Source of the DNA: Lysobacteraceae bacterium
Lineage (GTDB): Bacteria; Pseudomonadota; Gammaproteobacteria; Nevskiales; Nevskiaceae
Length of the DNA: 64,000 nt
Assembly: GCA_013823855.1 (NCBI GenBank)
Contig: PNMW01000055.1
Coordinates: 234 to 64,233, forward strand
Direction: 5' to 3'
Of this stretch, positions 1-9,928 are shown one piece after another. The number at the start of each line of letters is the position of its first letter. The stretch's first letter is position 1. Both the position numbers and the translations under genes were made by a program. The notes under the pieces were generated by a model. That model saw only the letters and a list, made by a program, of their open reading frames with translations. It searched no databases and was not told where the DNA came from.

Positions 1-593
1 GAGCGTTGGCGATCGCCAATCGCTCGGTCGGCAATCTGGCGCGACCGTTCTACCCGGACGGCATCCGAGGCAATCCGCCGGGTCCGCTGAGCCTGAGCTT
101 CGACGCGCCGCGCCGCTGGAGCCCGTTCTCGGTCGGTCTGCAACTGGACCTTGGCTACAACGCCGTCGTTCAGCACGTCGCGTTTGTGGCGAATCTCGAG
201 GTGGACCTTCCCGATGCCGCCCCATTCACAGTGCCGGATGTCGGCCGCAGCTGCGTTGGCGTTGGCCCGGTCAGCAGCGGCTTCGCGGCGCCGACGGTCG
301 CGAACCCGGCCGCCAACGGCATCCAGATCTTTCCCGGCAGCGTGCCGATCTATCGTGGCAGCACGCTGATCGGCGCGATCGGCGTCTCCGGTGACGGCAT
401 CGAGCAGGACGACATGGTCGCCTTCCTCGGCCTGCACAACGCGGCGACAGCAGCGGCCAGCGGCTTCGGCAACGCACCGACGGCTATGCGCATCGATCAA
501 CTCGACATCGGCGGCCTGCGACCGCGCTACATCCAGTGTCCGCAGGCCCCCTTCGTCGACAGCACGGAGCAGGACGTCTGTGCCAACAAGTAA
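1..593 (+). CDS. GlcG/HbpS-family heme-binding protein, C-terminal part (5' truncated by window)
   Basis: FPGSVPIYRGSTLIGAIGVSGDGIEQDDMVA matches the GlcG/HbpS GGxPI...GAIGVSG...D signature; TAA at 591-593; first visible gene of a tightly packed operon. Confidence 0.75.
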   Translation, partial: ALAIANRSVGNLARPFYPDGIRGNPPGPLSLSFDAPRRWSPFSVGLQLDLGYNAVVQHVAFVANLEVDLPDAAPFTVPDVGRSCVGVGPVSSGFAAPTVANPAANGIQIFPGSVPIYRGSTLIGAIGVSGDGIEQDDMVAFLGLHNAATAAASGFGNAPTAMRIDQLDIGGLRPRYIQCPQAPFVDSTEQDVCANK

Positions 594-597
594 GCCG

Positions 598-2670
598 ATG
601 ATCAATTGGGCCTGCCTGTTCCTGTTCGGGACCAGCCTCGTGCTGCCGTCGATCGCCGATGGCCAGGCCGAGCGGCGACGCCCCGGCCAGGCCGCCGACC
701 GCGATTCCAAGGTGATCGTCCCGCCGGCGGCCCGAACAGCGAAGCCGGCTCCCAAGCCAGCCGCCGAACCGGCCAGCGACGGCGGCGTGCTGTCGCCAGC
801 CGCCAATCGCCGTCGTCCGGGCGATCCGGCGCCGTCGACTCCGGAAGGCGAGCAGCCGGCCGCGCAGGCGGTCGAGCCCGGCCTGCCGCGGCGTCCCGGC
901 GCGGCCGCCGATCGCGGCAATGCCAACCCGCCCGGACAGGTCACCGCCGGCGCCGCAGGACCGGAAGGCGATGCCAGGACCACGCGTGCGGCCGGTCTGC
1001 CGGGCGCGCCGAAGCCGGGTCCGGATGCCGAATACAAGCTGGTGGCGGTCGACGATCGCTGGCAGCTGACCAATCACCTGCCGCTGCCACCCGCGGCGCG
1101 TGAGGCACATTTTCCGGTCTACAGCTGGCAGGGCACCCGTTCGGGGCAGGCGTTCACCGGCAATTCGCTGCTGAACCCTTATGACCAGAACACGCTGAAG
1201 TCCGATCGCCCGGTCTGGCACGACTGGTTCCTGAATCTCGCGGCGATTTCCGACACCGTGTTTGAGCCGCGCCGCATCCCGACGCCGACCAGTCCGTCCG
1301 GCGAAGTGCGCCCCGGCGAACTGGGCGTGATCGGCAACGGCCAGCAGAACGTGTTCAACGAGAACCTCACCTTGTCGGTGATCTGGTTCAAGGGCGAAAC
1401 CACGTTCCGGCCGCCGGACTGGGAATTCCGTTTCGTGCCGGTGCTCAACGTCAATCGCGTCGAGGTCAACCAGGCGCGCGTGCTGCGCATCGACCCGCTC
1501 GACGATTCGAAGGTCAGGACCGATGGTCACATCGGCATCCAGGAGCTGTTCGTCGACAAGCATCTGCGCAATGTCTCGGACCGCTACGACTTCGACAGCT
1601 TCCGGGTCGGCATACAGCCGTTCACGGCCGATTTCCGCGGCTTCCTGTTCCAGGAGCAGCAGTTGGGCGTGCGCCTGTTCGGCATCCGCGACAACAACCT
1701 GTGGCAGTACAACCTGGCGGCGTTCCGGCGGCTGGAGAAGGACACCAACAGCGGCCTGAACGACACCTGGACCCGGTTGCGCCGCGACGACATCTTCGTT
1801 GCCAATCTCTACCGGCAGGACTTCCCGGTGCCCGGCTTCACCAGCCAGGGCGTGGCGCTGTACAACCGCAATCGCGAAGGCGATCAGGCTTTCAAGTTCA
1901 ACAACAACGGCCAGCTCGAACGGCCGGCGCCGATCGGTCTGGAAAAGCCGCGCAACTACGATGTCGGCTACCTCGGCTACAACGGCGACGGCCATTTCGG
2001 GCCGGTCAACCTGTCGGTGGCGCTGTACGGCGCGCTCGGCAGCGAGAACCGCAGCATCTTCGTCGACCGCCGCACCGACATTCGCGCCGGCATGGCGGCC
2101 GCCGAAGTCTCGATGGACTTCGACTGGACCCGCGTGCGCCTGTCCGGCCTCTACGCCAGCGCCGACAAGGATCCCTTCGATGGCGTCGAGACCGGTTTCG
2201 ATGCGGTGGCCGAAGTGCCGATCTTCGCCGGCGCCGACACCAGCTTCTGGATTCGCCAGAACCTGCCGCTGATCGGCGGTGGTGGCGTCACCGTGTCGGG
2301 CCGCAACGGCGTGCTGAACTCGCTGCGCAGCTCGATCGCCCAGGGTCAGTCGAACTTCACCAATCCGGGCACCGCACTGGCCGGTGTCGGCACCGATCAC
2401 GACCTGACGCCGCAATTCCGGGTGTCGACCAACGTCAACTACCTCTGGTTCAACGACACCAGCGTGCTGGAAGTCGCCCGCAACCAGGGCAACATCCCGC
2501 GCCCGATCGGCCTCGATGCCTCGGTGGCGACCATCTGGCGGCCGTTCTTCACGCAGAACATCGTGTTTCGCGGTTCGGCGGCGATGCTGGTGCCGGGAGG
2601 CGGCTACAAGGCGCTGTACGGGGACGAGCTGGGCTACTCGGTGCTACTCAATCTGATTCTGGCTTACTGA
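598..2670 (+). CDS. Putative outer-membrane beta-barrel protein with Pro/Ala-rich N-terminal extension
   Basis: ATG at 598, 4 nt after the upstream stop; signal peptide; amphipathic beta-strand pattern; aromatic C-terminus (LILAY). Confidence 0.7.
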   Translation: MINWACLFLFGTSLVLPSIADGQAERRRPGQAADRDSKVIVPPAARTAKPAPKPAAEPASDGGVLSPAANRRRPGDPAPSTPEGEQPAAQAVEPGLPRRPGAAADRGNANPPGQVTAGAAGPEGDARTTRAAGLPGAPKPGPDAEYKLVAVDDRWQLTNHLPLPPAAREAHFPVYSWQGTRSGQAFTGNSLLNPYDQNTLKSDRPVWHDWFLNLAAISDTVFEPRRIPTPTSPSGEVRPGELGVIGNGQQNVFNENLTLSVIWFKGETTFRPPDWEFRFVPVLNVNRVEVNQARVLRIDPLDDSKVRTDGHIGIQELFVDKHLRNVSDRYDFDSFRVGIQPFTADFRGFLFQEQQLGVRLFGIRDNNLWQYNLAAFRRLEKDTNSGLNDTWTRLRRDDIFVANLYRQDFPVPGFTSQGVALYNRNREGDQAFKFNNNGQLERPAPIGLEKPRNYDVGYLGYNGDGHFGPVNLSVALYGALGSENRSIFVDRRTDIRAGMAAAEVSMDFDWTRVRLSGLYASADKDPFDGVETGFDAVAEVPIFAGADTSFWIRQNLPLIGGGGVTVSGRNGVLNSLRSSIAQGQSNFTNPGTALAGVGTDHDLTPQFRVSTNVNYLWFNDTSVLEVARNQGNIPRPIGLDASVATIWRPFFTQNIVFRGSAAMLVPGGGYKALYGDELGYSVLLNLILAY

Positions 2671-2671
2671 C

Positions 2672-5600
2672 ATGCGAGACCTTGCCTTGCGTCTGTGGTT
2701 GGCGACCGTTGTGCTCGCGATCGGTCCGGTCGGGCTGGCGCCAGTCGCCGTGGCCTCCAGTGGCGAGCATGCCCGCGACATCCACTACGTGCTGGCGCCG
2801 TTCGCGCCACGCACGCAGACCGCCGATGCCGCCGCTGCCAAGTCCGCAGGCTGCGTCAGCTGCCACACCGATACCGATGCGGCCAGCATGCACCGGCAGC
2901 GCGCTGGCACCGAAGCGGTGCTGCTGGGCTGCACCGACTGCCATGGCGGCAATGCCGGGACGACGCGGCTGGCCTCGGAAGCGCCGGAGTCGCCGGCCTA
3001 TCGCGGGAAGCTCGAAGCCGCGCACGTGCTGCCGCGTTTCCCGGAGACCTGGAAGTGGCCGTCGTCGGCCAATCCCGAGCAGAGCTACACGCTGCTGAAC
3101 AAGGAAAGCCCGGAGTTCATCCGCTTCGTCAATCCCAGCGATTACCGCGTGGTCCGCGAAGCCTGCGGCGCCTGCCATCTGCCGATCATCGAGGCCGCCG
3201 AGCGCAGCATCATGGCCAGCGGCGCGATGCTGTTCGGCGGTGCCTCGTACAACAACGGCATCCTGCCGTTCAAGCGCTACGCGCTCGGTGAGGCCTACAC
3301 CCGCGATGGCAAGCCGGCGCAGATTCTCGGGCCGGTCAAGCCCGATGCCGCGATGACCGAGAAGGGTATCCTCGAAACTCTGCTGCCGCTGCCGGCCTGG
3401 GAAACCGTGCCGCCGGCCGATGTGTTCCGCGTCTTCGAGCGCGGCGGCCGCAATATCCAGAACCTGTTCCCGGAGCAGGGTCTGCCGAACCTCGGCATCA
3501 ACATCCAGCGCCTGGAAGAACCGGGCCGGCCGGACCTCAAGCAGTCGAATCGCGGGCCGGGTACCGGCAACCGCATTTCGGTGCCGGTGCTGAACATCCA
3601 CAAGACCCGCCTGAACGACCCGCTGATGTGGTTCCTCGGCACCAACGAGCAGCCGGGCGACTATCGCTCCTCGGGCTGCTCGTCCTGCCACGTGGTCTAC
3701 GCCAATGACCGCGATCCGCGCCATAGCGGCGCTTACGCGAAGTTCGGCAATGGCGGCACCAGCCAGAGCCTTGATCCGACGATCGCGAAGAACGCTTCCG
3801 GCCATCCGCTGAACCACGCGTTCAGCTCGGCAATCCCGACCAGCCAGTGCATGGTCTGCCACATGCACCAGCCGAACGTGTTTGTGAACAGCTTCCTCGG
3901 CTACACGATGTGGGACTACGAGTCCGATGCGCCGTCGATGTGGCCGGCGACCGAGAAGAAGCCGAGCCACGCCGAGCGCCGCGAGATCAACAAGCGCAAC
4001 CCGGAAGAAGCGGCGACCCGCGGCAAGTGGAGCGATCCGGAATTCCTGAAGGAAGTCAGCGGGCTGAATCCGAGCCTGAAGGACACCCAGTTCGCCGACT
4101 ACCACGGCCATGGCTGGAATTTCCGCGGTGTGTTCAAGCGTGACCGCAAGGGTCAGCTGCTCGACAGCGACGGCAAGCTGGTGCCGGACGATCTGCCGAA
4201 CAAGTTCGAGAAGAACCCGGACGGCACGCCGAAGCCGGGGCGGGCGGTGCACATGTCGTCGATCCATGTCGATGTCGGCATGCACTGCGTCGACTGCCAT
4301 TTCTCGCAGGACAGCCACGGCGACAGCCATCTGTACGGCGAAGTCGCGCAGGCGGTGGAAATCGAATGCCAGGACTGCCACGGCACGGCGAAGGCGCTGC
4401 CGTCGCTGCGCACCAGCGGCCCGGCCTCACCCGAAGGCGGCACCAACATGGCGACGGCGCGGACGCCGTTCGGCAAGCTGCGCTTCGAATGGATCGGCGA
4501 CAAGCTGATCCAGCGTTCCAGTGTCACCGAAGGCCTGGAATGGGAAATGAGCCTGGTCAGGAAGTCGGTGACGCCGGGCGATGCCCAGTACAACGCCAAG
4601 GCGGCGCGCGCCAAGCTGATGTCGAAGGACACCCAGCTGCAGCCCTGGGGCGCGCAGGTTGCGGCCAGCGACATCGCCCACAACCCCGACGAGATGATGT
4701 GCACCACCTGCCACACCTCGTGGACCACGAGCTGCGGCGGCTGCCATCTGCCGATCGAGGCCAATACCAAGTCCGACAAGCAGCACTACGAAGGCGGCGA
4801 GACCCGCAACTTCGCGTCGTACAACCCGCAGGTGGTGCGCGATGACGTGTTCCAGCTCGGCAAACAGGGGCCGGGCAAGGGCGGACGTATCGCACCGGTG
4901 CGATCGAGCAGCGCGCTGGTGCTGTCGTCGACCAACGCCAACCGCGAAAAGATCTACATCCAGCAGCCACCGATCTCGGCCAGCGGCTTCTCGTCGCAGG
5001 CCTTCGCGACCCATTACCCGCACACCGAGCGCAAGACCGAAACCAAGCAGTGCGAGGACTGTCACCTGTCGGCGAACGGCGACAACAACGCGATCATGGC
5101 GCAGCTGCTGCTCCATGGCACCAACTTCATGAACTTCGTCGGCTACAACGCCTGGGTCGGCGGCGACGGCGGGCTGTCGGCGGTGACCGTCACCGAATGG
5201 GACGAGCCGCAGTCGGTGATCGGCAGCTACCTGCATCGCTATGCCTATCCGCAGCGCTACCAGGCGCACCAGCTGCGCGGCCGCGAGCTGCCGGACGAGC
5301 AGTCGCATGCGGCCGGCGGCAAGGTCGGCTGCCTGCAGATGCGCGGCGAGTATGTGTTTGCCGCCGAGGGCAGTGGCGGCTTCCGGATCTACGATGCCGC
5401 CTCGGTTGCCAACAAGGGCTTCAGCCAGCGCATCGTCAGCGCGCCGTTCTCGCCGCTGGCGCAGGACATGAAGATCGGCTCGAAGAACGCCACCTGCGTC
5501 GCGTTGCCGACCAACCAGCCGATCGACCCGCTGCGCAACCAGGGCGAGCTGATGCGGGTGGTCAACCAGGAACAGCCGTTCCAGCCGATCTACCACTACG

Positions 5601-6451
5601 CGCTGATCTCGGACAGCGAGGAAGGTTTGATCCTCGTCGATGTCGACACCCTGGCCGATGGCGAGCCACGCAACAACAGCCTGAAGCGGGCACTGACCTG
5701 GAACCCGGGCGGCGTGCTGAATGGCGCCCGCCATCTGACCGTGGCCGGCAACTGGGTCTATGTCGCGACCGATGCCGGCATCGTCACTTTGGACCTGAGC
5801 GAGCCGCTGAAGCCGCGGCTGGCCGGCACCATCGCCCTGAAGGGCGTGCGTTCGACCGCCGTGCAGTTCCGCTACCTGTTCGCGACCACCGACGCCGGGC
5901 TGCAGACCATCGACATCACCCACCCTGAAAAGGCGGTGGTGCTGCCGTCGGCGCTGGTGCCGCTGCGTGATGCGCGCCGCGTCTACTTGGTGCGCACCTA
6001 TGCCTATGTCGCCGCCGGCGCCGAAGGTCTGGCGATCGTCGACATCACCAAGCCGGCGTCACCGGCGTTGCTGAGCACGTTCACGGCCGAAGGACAGATC
6101 AAGGACGCCTGGGACGTGAAGGTCGGCGCCACCAATGCCTCGCTGTTCGCCTATGTCGCCGATGGCGCGGCCGGGCTGAAGGTGATCCAGCTGATGGCGC
6201 CGGACACCCAGCCGGGCTTCTACGGCTTTTCGCCGGAACCGCGGCCGCAGCTGATTGCCACGCACCGCACGCGGACGCCGGCGCTGTCGCTGTCCGAGGG
6301 CTTGCATCGCGATCGCGCGGTCGACGAGACCGGCGGCCAGATCGCCGTGTTCGGGCGCATCGGGTCGCGGCCGTTCACGCTCGATGAACAGCGCAAGTTC
6401 TTCCTCAATGCCGATGGCGAGCCCTGGTTTGTCTCCAATCAGCAGCCGTAA
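2672..6451 (+). CDS. Exported decaheme c-type cytochrome with C-terminal LVIVD-like beta-propeller repeats
   Basis: Signal peptide; 10 CxxCH motifs (CVSCH, CTDCH, CGACH, CSSCH, CMVCH, CVDCH, CQDCH, CTTCH, CGGCH, CEDCH); repeats such as YAYVAAGAEGLAIVDITKP and FAYVADGAAGLKVIQL. Confidence 0.85.
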   Translation: MRDLALRLWLATVVLAIGPVGLAPVAVASSGEHARDIHYVLAPFAPRTQTADAAAAKSAGCVSCHTDTDAASMHRQRAGTEAVLLGCTDCHGGNAGTTRLASEAPESPAYRGKLEAAHVLPRFPETWKWPSSANPEQSYTLLNKESPEFIRFVNPSDYRVVREACGACHLPIIEAAERSIMASGAMLFGGASYNNGILPFKRYALGEAYTRDGKPAQILGPVKPDAAMTEKGILETLLPLPAWETVPPADVFRVFERGGRNIQNLFPEQGLPNLGINIQRLEEPGRPDLKQSNRGPGTGNRISVPVLNIHKTRLNDPLMWFLGTNEQPGDYRSSGCSSCHVVYANDRDPRHSGAYAKFGNGGTSQSLDPTIAKNASGHPLNHAFSSAIPTSQCMVCHMHQPNVFVNSFLGYTMWDYESDAPSMWPATEKKPSHAERREINKRNPEEAATRGKWSDPEFLKEVSGLNPSLKDTQFADYHGHGWNFRGVFKRDRKGQLLDSDGKLVPDDLPNKFEKNPDGTPKPGRAVHMSSIHVDVGMHCVDCHFSQDSHGDSHLYGEVAQAVEIECQDCHGTAKALPSLRTSGPASPEGGTNMATARTPFGKLRFEWIGDKLIQRSSVTEGLEWEMSLVRKSVTPGDAQYNAKAARAKLMSKDTQLQPWGAQVAASDIAHNPDEMMCTTCHTSWTTSCGGCHLPIEANTKSDKQHYEGGETRNFASYNPQVVRDDVFQLGKQGPGKGGRIAPVRSSSALVLSSTNANREKIYIQQPPISASGFSSQAFATHYPHTERKTETKQCEDCHLSANGDNNAIMAQLLLHGTNFMNFVGYNAWVGGDGGLSAVTVTEWDEPQSVIGSYLHRYAYPQRYQAHQLRGRELPDEQSHAAGGKVGCLQMRGEYVFAAEGSGGFRIYDAASVANKGFSQRIVSAPFSPLAQDMKIGSKNATCVALPTNQPIDPLRNQGELMRVVNQEQPFQPIYHYALISDSEEGLILVDVDTLADGEPRNNSLKRALTWNPGGVLNGARHLTVAGNWVYVATDAGIVTLDLSEPLKPRLAGTIALKGVRSTAVQFRYLFATTDAGLQTIDITHPEKAVVLPSALVPLRDARRVYLVRTYAYVAAGAEGLAIVDITKPASPALLSTFTAEGQIKDAWDVKVGATNASLFAYVADGAAGLKVIQLMAPDTQPGFYGFSPEPRPQLIATHRTRTPALSLSEGLHRDRAVDETGGQIAVFGRIGSRPFTLDEQRKFFLNADGEPWFVSNQQP

Positions 6452-6466
6452 CGCCAGGACGGCATC

Positions 6467-8908
6467 GTGAGCGCGCCTGCGGCCGCCGTGCACAAGATCG
6501 CCATCGTCGGCTCCGGGCCGAGCGGGCTGTCGGCGGCGTGTCGCGCGGCCGAGACCGGCACTTCGCACGTGCTGCTCGAAGGCAAGCCGCACCTGTCGGA
6601 CACCGTCTACCAGTTCCAGAAGGGCAAGCACGTGATGGCCGAGCCCTCGTGGCTGCCGCTGCGGGCCTCGGCCCGCTTCGAGGCCGGATCGCGCGAGAAG
6701 ATCCTCGCCGCCTGGGCCGAGGACGCCGTACAGAAGGGCGTCAACGTCCGTTACCGGGCCGAAGTCGCGAAGATCGTCCGGGAGGGGGGGCACTTCCAGC
6801 TGACCCTGAAATCCGGCGACGTGGTGCTCGCCGAGCATGTCGTGCTGTGCGTCGGTGTCCAGGGCAATCCGAACCGGATGAAGATTCCCGGCGAGGAACG
6901 ATCCGAGGTGCAGTACCAGCTGACCGATCCGAAGGAGTACAGCGACGAGGTCATCGTCGTGATCGGTGTCGGTGATGCGGCGATCGAGAACGCGCTGGCG
7001 CTGAGTGCGCAGAACACCGTGCACATCGTCAACCGGCGCAACGAGTTCTCGCGCGCCAAGGAAGGCAATGTCGCGCTGATCACCGCCGCCATCGAGCAGG
7101 GCCGCGTCCAGTACCACTGCAACAGCTCGCCGGAGCGGATCGACGACCCGCCGGCCGGCGATGCCAGCGGCCGGCGGATGATGCTGCGGCTGAACTCGGC
7201 GGACGGACCGGTCGACCTGCCTTGCGACCGGGTCATCGCCCGTCTGGGCGCGGCGCCGCAGCGCGAGTTCGTCGAAGCCTGCGGCATCGAGTTTCCGAAC
7301 AAGGATCCAGCGTCGCTGCCGCAGGTGTCGTCGACCTACGAATCGAACGTGCCGGGTCTCTACATCCTCGGCGCGCTGGCCGGCTATCCGCTGATCCGGC
7401 AGGCGATGAACCAGGGCTACGAGGTTGTCGAGACGATCTGCGGCCGCCATGTCGAGCCGGCCGACGTGCCGGTGCTGAAGGAGCGCTTCGCGGCGTTCTC
7501 GAAGAACCCGGATGTCGACACCTTTCTCGACATCATTCCGGCCCGTGCCCAGATCCTCGGCACCATGAACCGCCTGCAGCTGCGCGAGTTCCTGATCGAA
7601 AGCAAGGTCTACCGGGTGCCGGCCGGCCGGCAGATCTACGCCAAGGGCTCGTTTGCCGACTCGATGTACATCGTCGTCTCCGGCGACGTGCAGCTGCAAT
7701 CGGCCGATGGCAGCAAGGACCCGCCGCGGCGGATCAAGACCGGCAGGATCTTCGGCGAGGTGGCCTTGCTGTCGGGCCGGCCGCGGCTGCGTCCGGCGGT
7801 GGCCGGCGAGGGTTGTGTCCTGGTCGAGGTGCCGCGGCGGACGATGCTCAAGCTGATCGCCAGCAGCCCGACGGTGCAGAAGTACATCGACCGCAGCTTC
7901 TGCGCCCGCGCGCTCGAACGCTATCTGCTGCCGGGCATGGACGACGCCCAGCTGCGCGCCGTGGTCGACTCCTCGCTGGTCCGCTCGTTCAAGGCGCGGG
8001 AGCCGATCTACGCCGCCGGCGATGCCGCCGACCGCATCCACCTGATCCGCTCCGGTTCGGTGATGCTGTTCAACAAGGTCGGCGAACGCGAGGTGATCCT
8101 GCAGTACTGCGCGGCCGGCGAATATTTCGGCGAGGTCGACGTGATCGCCGGCACGCCGCGTGGCGCCGGCGCCCGGGCGGCGATCAAGACCGAGATCATC
8201 AGTGTCGACGCCAGCGCCTTCCTCGACCTGCTGAACCGCGAGCCGGCGCTCAAGGAGACGGTGCGCGCGCGTTTCCGCAACCAGCTGCAGCAGCGGCTGG
8301 AGATGGAACGCTCGCCGGAGCGCGGCGAGCGCATGGGCTTCCTGCTGCGCGAAGGCCTCGGCGAAGCGACCGACGCGCTGCTGATCGACGAGGCGCTGTG
8401 CGTGCGCTGCGACCAGTGCGAGAAAGCCTGTGCCGCGACCCACGGCAATGTCTCGCGCCTGAACCGCGAGGCCGGAGCGACCTTCGACAACCTGCACGTG
8501 CCGACCTCGTGCCGGCACTGCGAGCATCCGCACTGCATGAAGGACTGCCCGCCGAATGCGATCCGCCGCCAGCCGAGCGGCGAAGTGGTGATCGAGAGCA
8601 CCTGCATCGGCTGCGGCAACTGCGAGCGCAACTGCCCGTACGGCGTCATCCAGATGGGCGTCGAGACCCCGGCCGACCCGCGCCCTCAGCGCAGCCTGTG
8701 GCAGTGGATGATGTTCGGCCTTGGCGACGCGCCGGGCACCGACAACCACCACTATCCGAAGGGTGCGATCAAGAAAGCCGTGAAGTGCGACATGTGCGGC
8801 AACCGCAAGGAAGAAGGCCCTGCCTGTGTCCAGGCCTGTCCTACGGGTGCGGCGATCCGGGTCAGTCCGCAGCAGTTCTTCGACGTCCTGTCCCGTGGCG
8901 ACCGTTGA
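6467..8908 (+). CDS. FAD/NAD(P)H oxidoreductase (TrxR fold) fused to two cyclic-nucleotide-binding domains and a 4x[4Fe-4S] ferredoxin domain
   Basis: GSGPSG FAD motif; IGVGDAA and NRRNEF NADPH region; two FGE...R phosphate-binding cassettes; CVRCDQCEKAC, CRHCEHPHCMKDCP, CIGCGNCERNCP, CDMC...CVQACP. Confidence 0.85.
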   Translation: MSAPAAAVHKIAIVGSGPSGLSAACRAAETGTSHVLLEGKPHLSDTVYQFQKGKHVMAEPSWLPLRASARFEAGSREKILAAWAEDAVQKGVNVRYRAEVAKIVREGGHFQLTLKSGDVVLAEHVVLCVGVQGNPNRMKIPGEERSEVQYQLTDPKEYSDEVIVVIGVGDAAIENALALSAQNTVHIVNRRNEFSRAKEGNVALITAAIEQGRVQYHCNSSPERIDDPPAGDASGRRMMLRLNSADGPVDLPCDRVIARLGAAPQREFVEACGIEFPNKDPASLPQVSSTYESNVPGLYILGALAGYPLIRQAMNQGYEVVETICGRHVEPADVPVLKERFAAFSKNPDVDTFLDIIPARAQILGTMNRLQLREFLIESKVYRVPAGRQIYAKGSFADSMYIVVSGDVQLQSADGSKDPPRRIKTGRIFGEVALLSGRPRLRPAVAGEGCVLVEVPRRTMLKLIASSPTVQKYIDRSFCARALERYLLPGMDDAQLRAVVDSSLVRSFKAREPIYAAGDAADRIHLIRSGSVMLFNKVGEREVILQYCAAGEYFGEVDVIAGTPRGAGARAAIKTEIISVDASAFLDLLNREPALKETVRARFRNQLQQRLEMERSPERGERMGFLLREGLGEATDALLIDEALCVRCDQCEKACAATHGNVSRLNREAGATFDNLHVPTSCRHCEHPHCMKDCPPNAIRRQPSGEVVIESTCIGCGNCERNCPYGVIQMGVETPADPRPQRSLWQWMMFGLGDAPGTDNHHYPKGAIKKAVKCDMCGNRKEEGPACVQACPTGAAIRVSPQQFFDVLSRGDR

Positions 8909-9923
8909 CCGGCTGCGGGGCTTGCTGCGCGCGAGCCCCGGCGGGCGGCGCGTCGAGAAGCTGCAGGCCCACGAATCGTTCTTCACCTGGCGACGCAGCT
9001 ACTACCTGAAGCTGGCGCTGGCGCTGACCGTCGCGATCAGCCTCGTCTACCTGGTCCACGATCCCGCCGAAGGCCCGAGCGGCAGCACCTGGCTGGGCTA
9101 TGGCCTCGGCACCGCCGGCGCCGGGCTGATCGTCTGGCTGTCATGGCTCGGCGTCCGCAAGCGCTCGTTCACCACCGCGCGCGGGCCGATCCAGGGCTGG
9201 CTGTCGGCGCATGTCTATCTCGGCCTGCTGCTGCTGCTGATCGGCACCTTGCACACCGGCTTCCAGCTGGGTTTCAACATCCACACGCTGGCCTATGTGC
9301 TGATGGTGCTGGTGATCGCCAGCGGCATCTATGGCGCCGTCGCCTACGGCGTGCTGCCGGCGCGGATCACGCTGAATCGCAAGGGCGGGGAGTTGCGCTC
9401 GATGCTGGTCGAGATCGAGAAGCTCAACGACACGGCGCTGTCGCTGGCCGATCGCATCGATCCGGAAGCGCACGCGGTCGTGGTGCGCTCGATCGCCAAG
9501 ATCCGCCTGGGCGGTTCGGCCTGGGAACAGCTTACCGGACGCTATCGCAGCAGCGACGACGCGCGCAGCCTCGACAGCTTCTTCGCGATGAAGAAGCAGC
9601 AGTTCGGCGAGGCGGTCGGCGCCGCCCGCGCCCGGCCGCAGGCCCAGTCCAAGCCTCAGCCCCCGCCTGCTGCCGGGATGCGCTCGGGAACGACCATGTT
9701 CGTCATCGATCACATCTTCGACCGCGGCAGCGACAAGGCGGCGGTCACGCTCAACAAGCTGCTGCAGGTGATCGCCGATCGCAAGGAGCTGGTCGAGCGG
9801 GTCAATGTCGACATCACGCTGCGGGCGCGGCTGTCGGTCTGGCTCTATCTGCATGTGCCGCTGACGGTGCTGCTGCTGGTCGCCCTGCTGGCGCATGTGC
9901 TGTCGGTCTTCCTGCTCTGGTAG
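8895..9923 (+). CDS. Inner-membrane protein, probable diheme cytochrome b (ferric-reductase-like)
   Basis: GTG at 8895 overlapping the upstream stop; several TM helices; two H-x13-H pairs (HVYLGLLLLLIGTLH, HVPLTVLLLVALLAH). Confidence 0.7.
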   Translation: MATVDRLRGLLRASPGGRRVEKLQAHESFFTWRRSYYLKLALALTVAISLVYLVHDPAEGPSGSTWLGYGLGTAGAGLIVWLSWLGVRKRSFTTARGPIQGWLSAHVYLGLLLLLIGTLHTGFQLGFNIHTLAYVLMVLVIASGIYGAVAYGVLPARITLNRKGGELRSMLVEIEKLNDTALSLADRIDPEAHAVVVRSIAKIRLGGSAWEQLTGRYRSSDDARSLDSFFAMKKQQFGEAVGAARARPQAQSKPQPPPAAGMRSGTTMFVIDHIFDRGSDKAAVTLNKLLQVIADRKELVERVNVDITLRARLSVWLYLHVPLTVLLLVALLAHVLSVFLLW

Positions 9924-9928
9924 GCCCG

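Noticed and set aside
598-6451. Direct assignment as MtrAB/PioAB
   Set aside because: The cytochrome is about four times longer than MtrA, with widely spaced hemes and a propeller, and the gene order differs; only an analogy is supported
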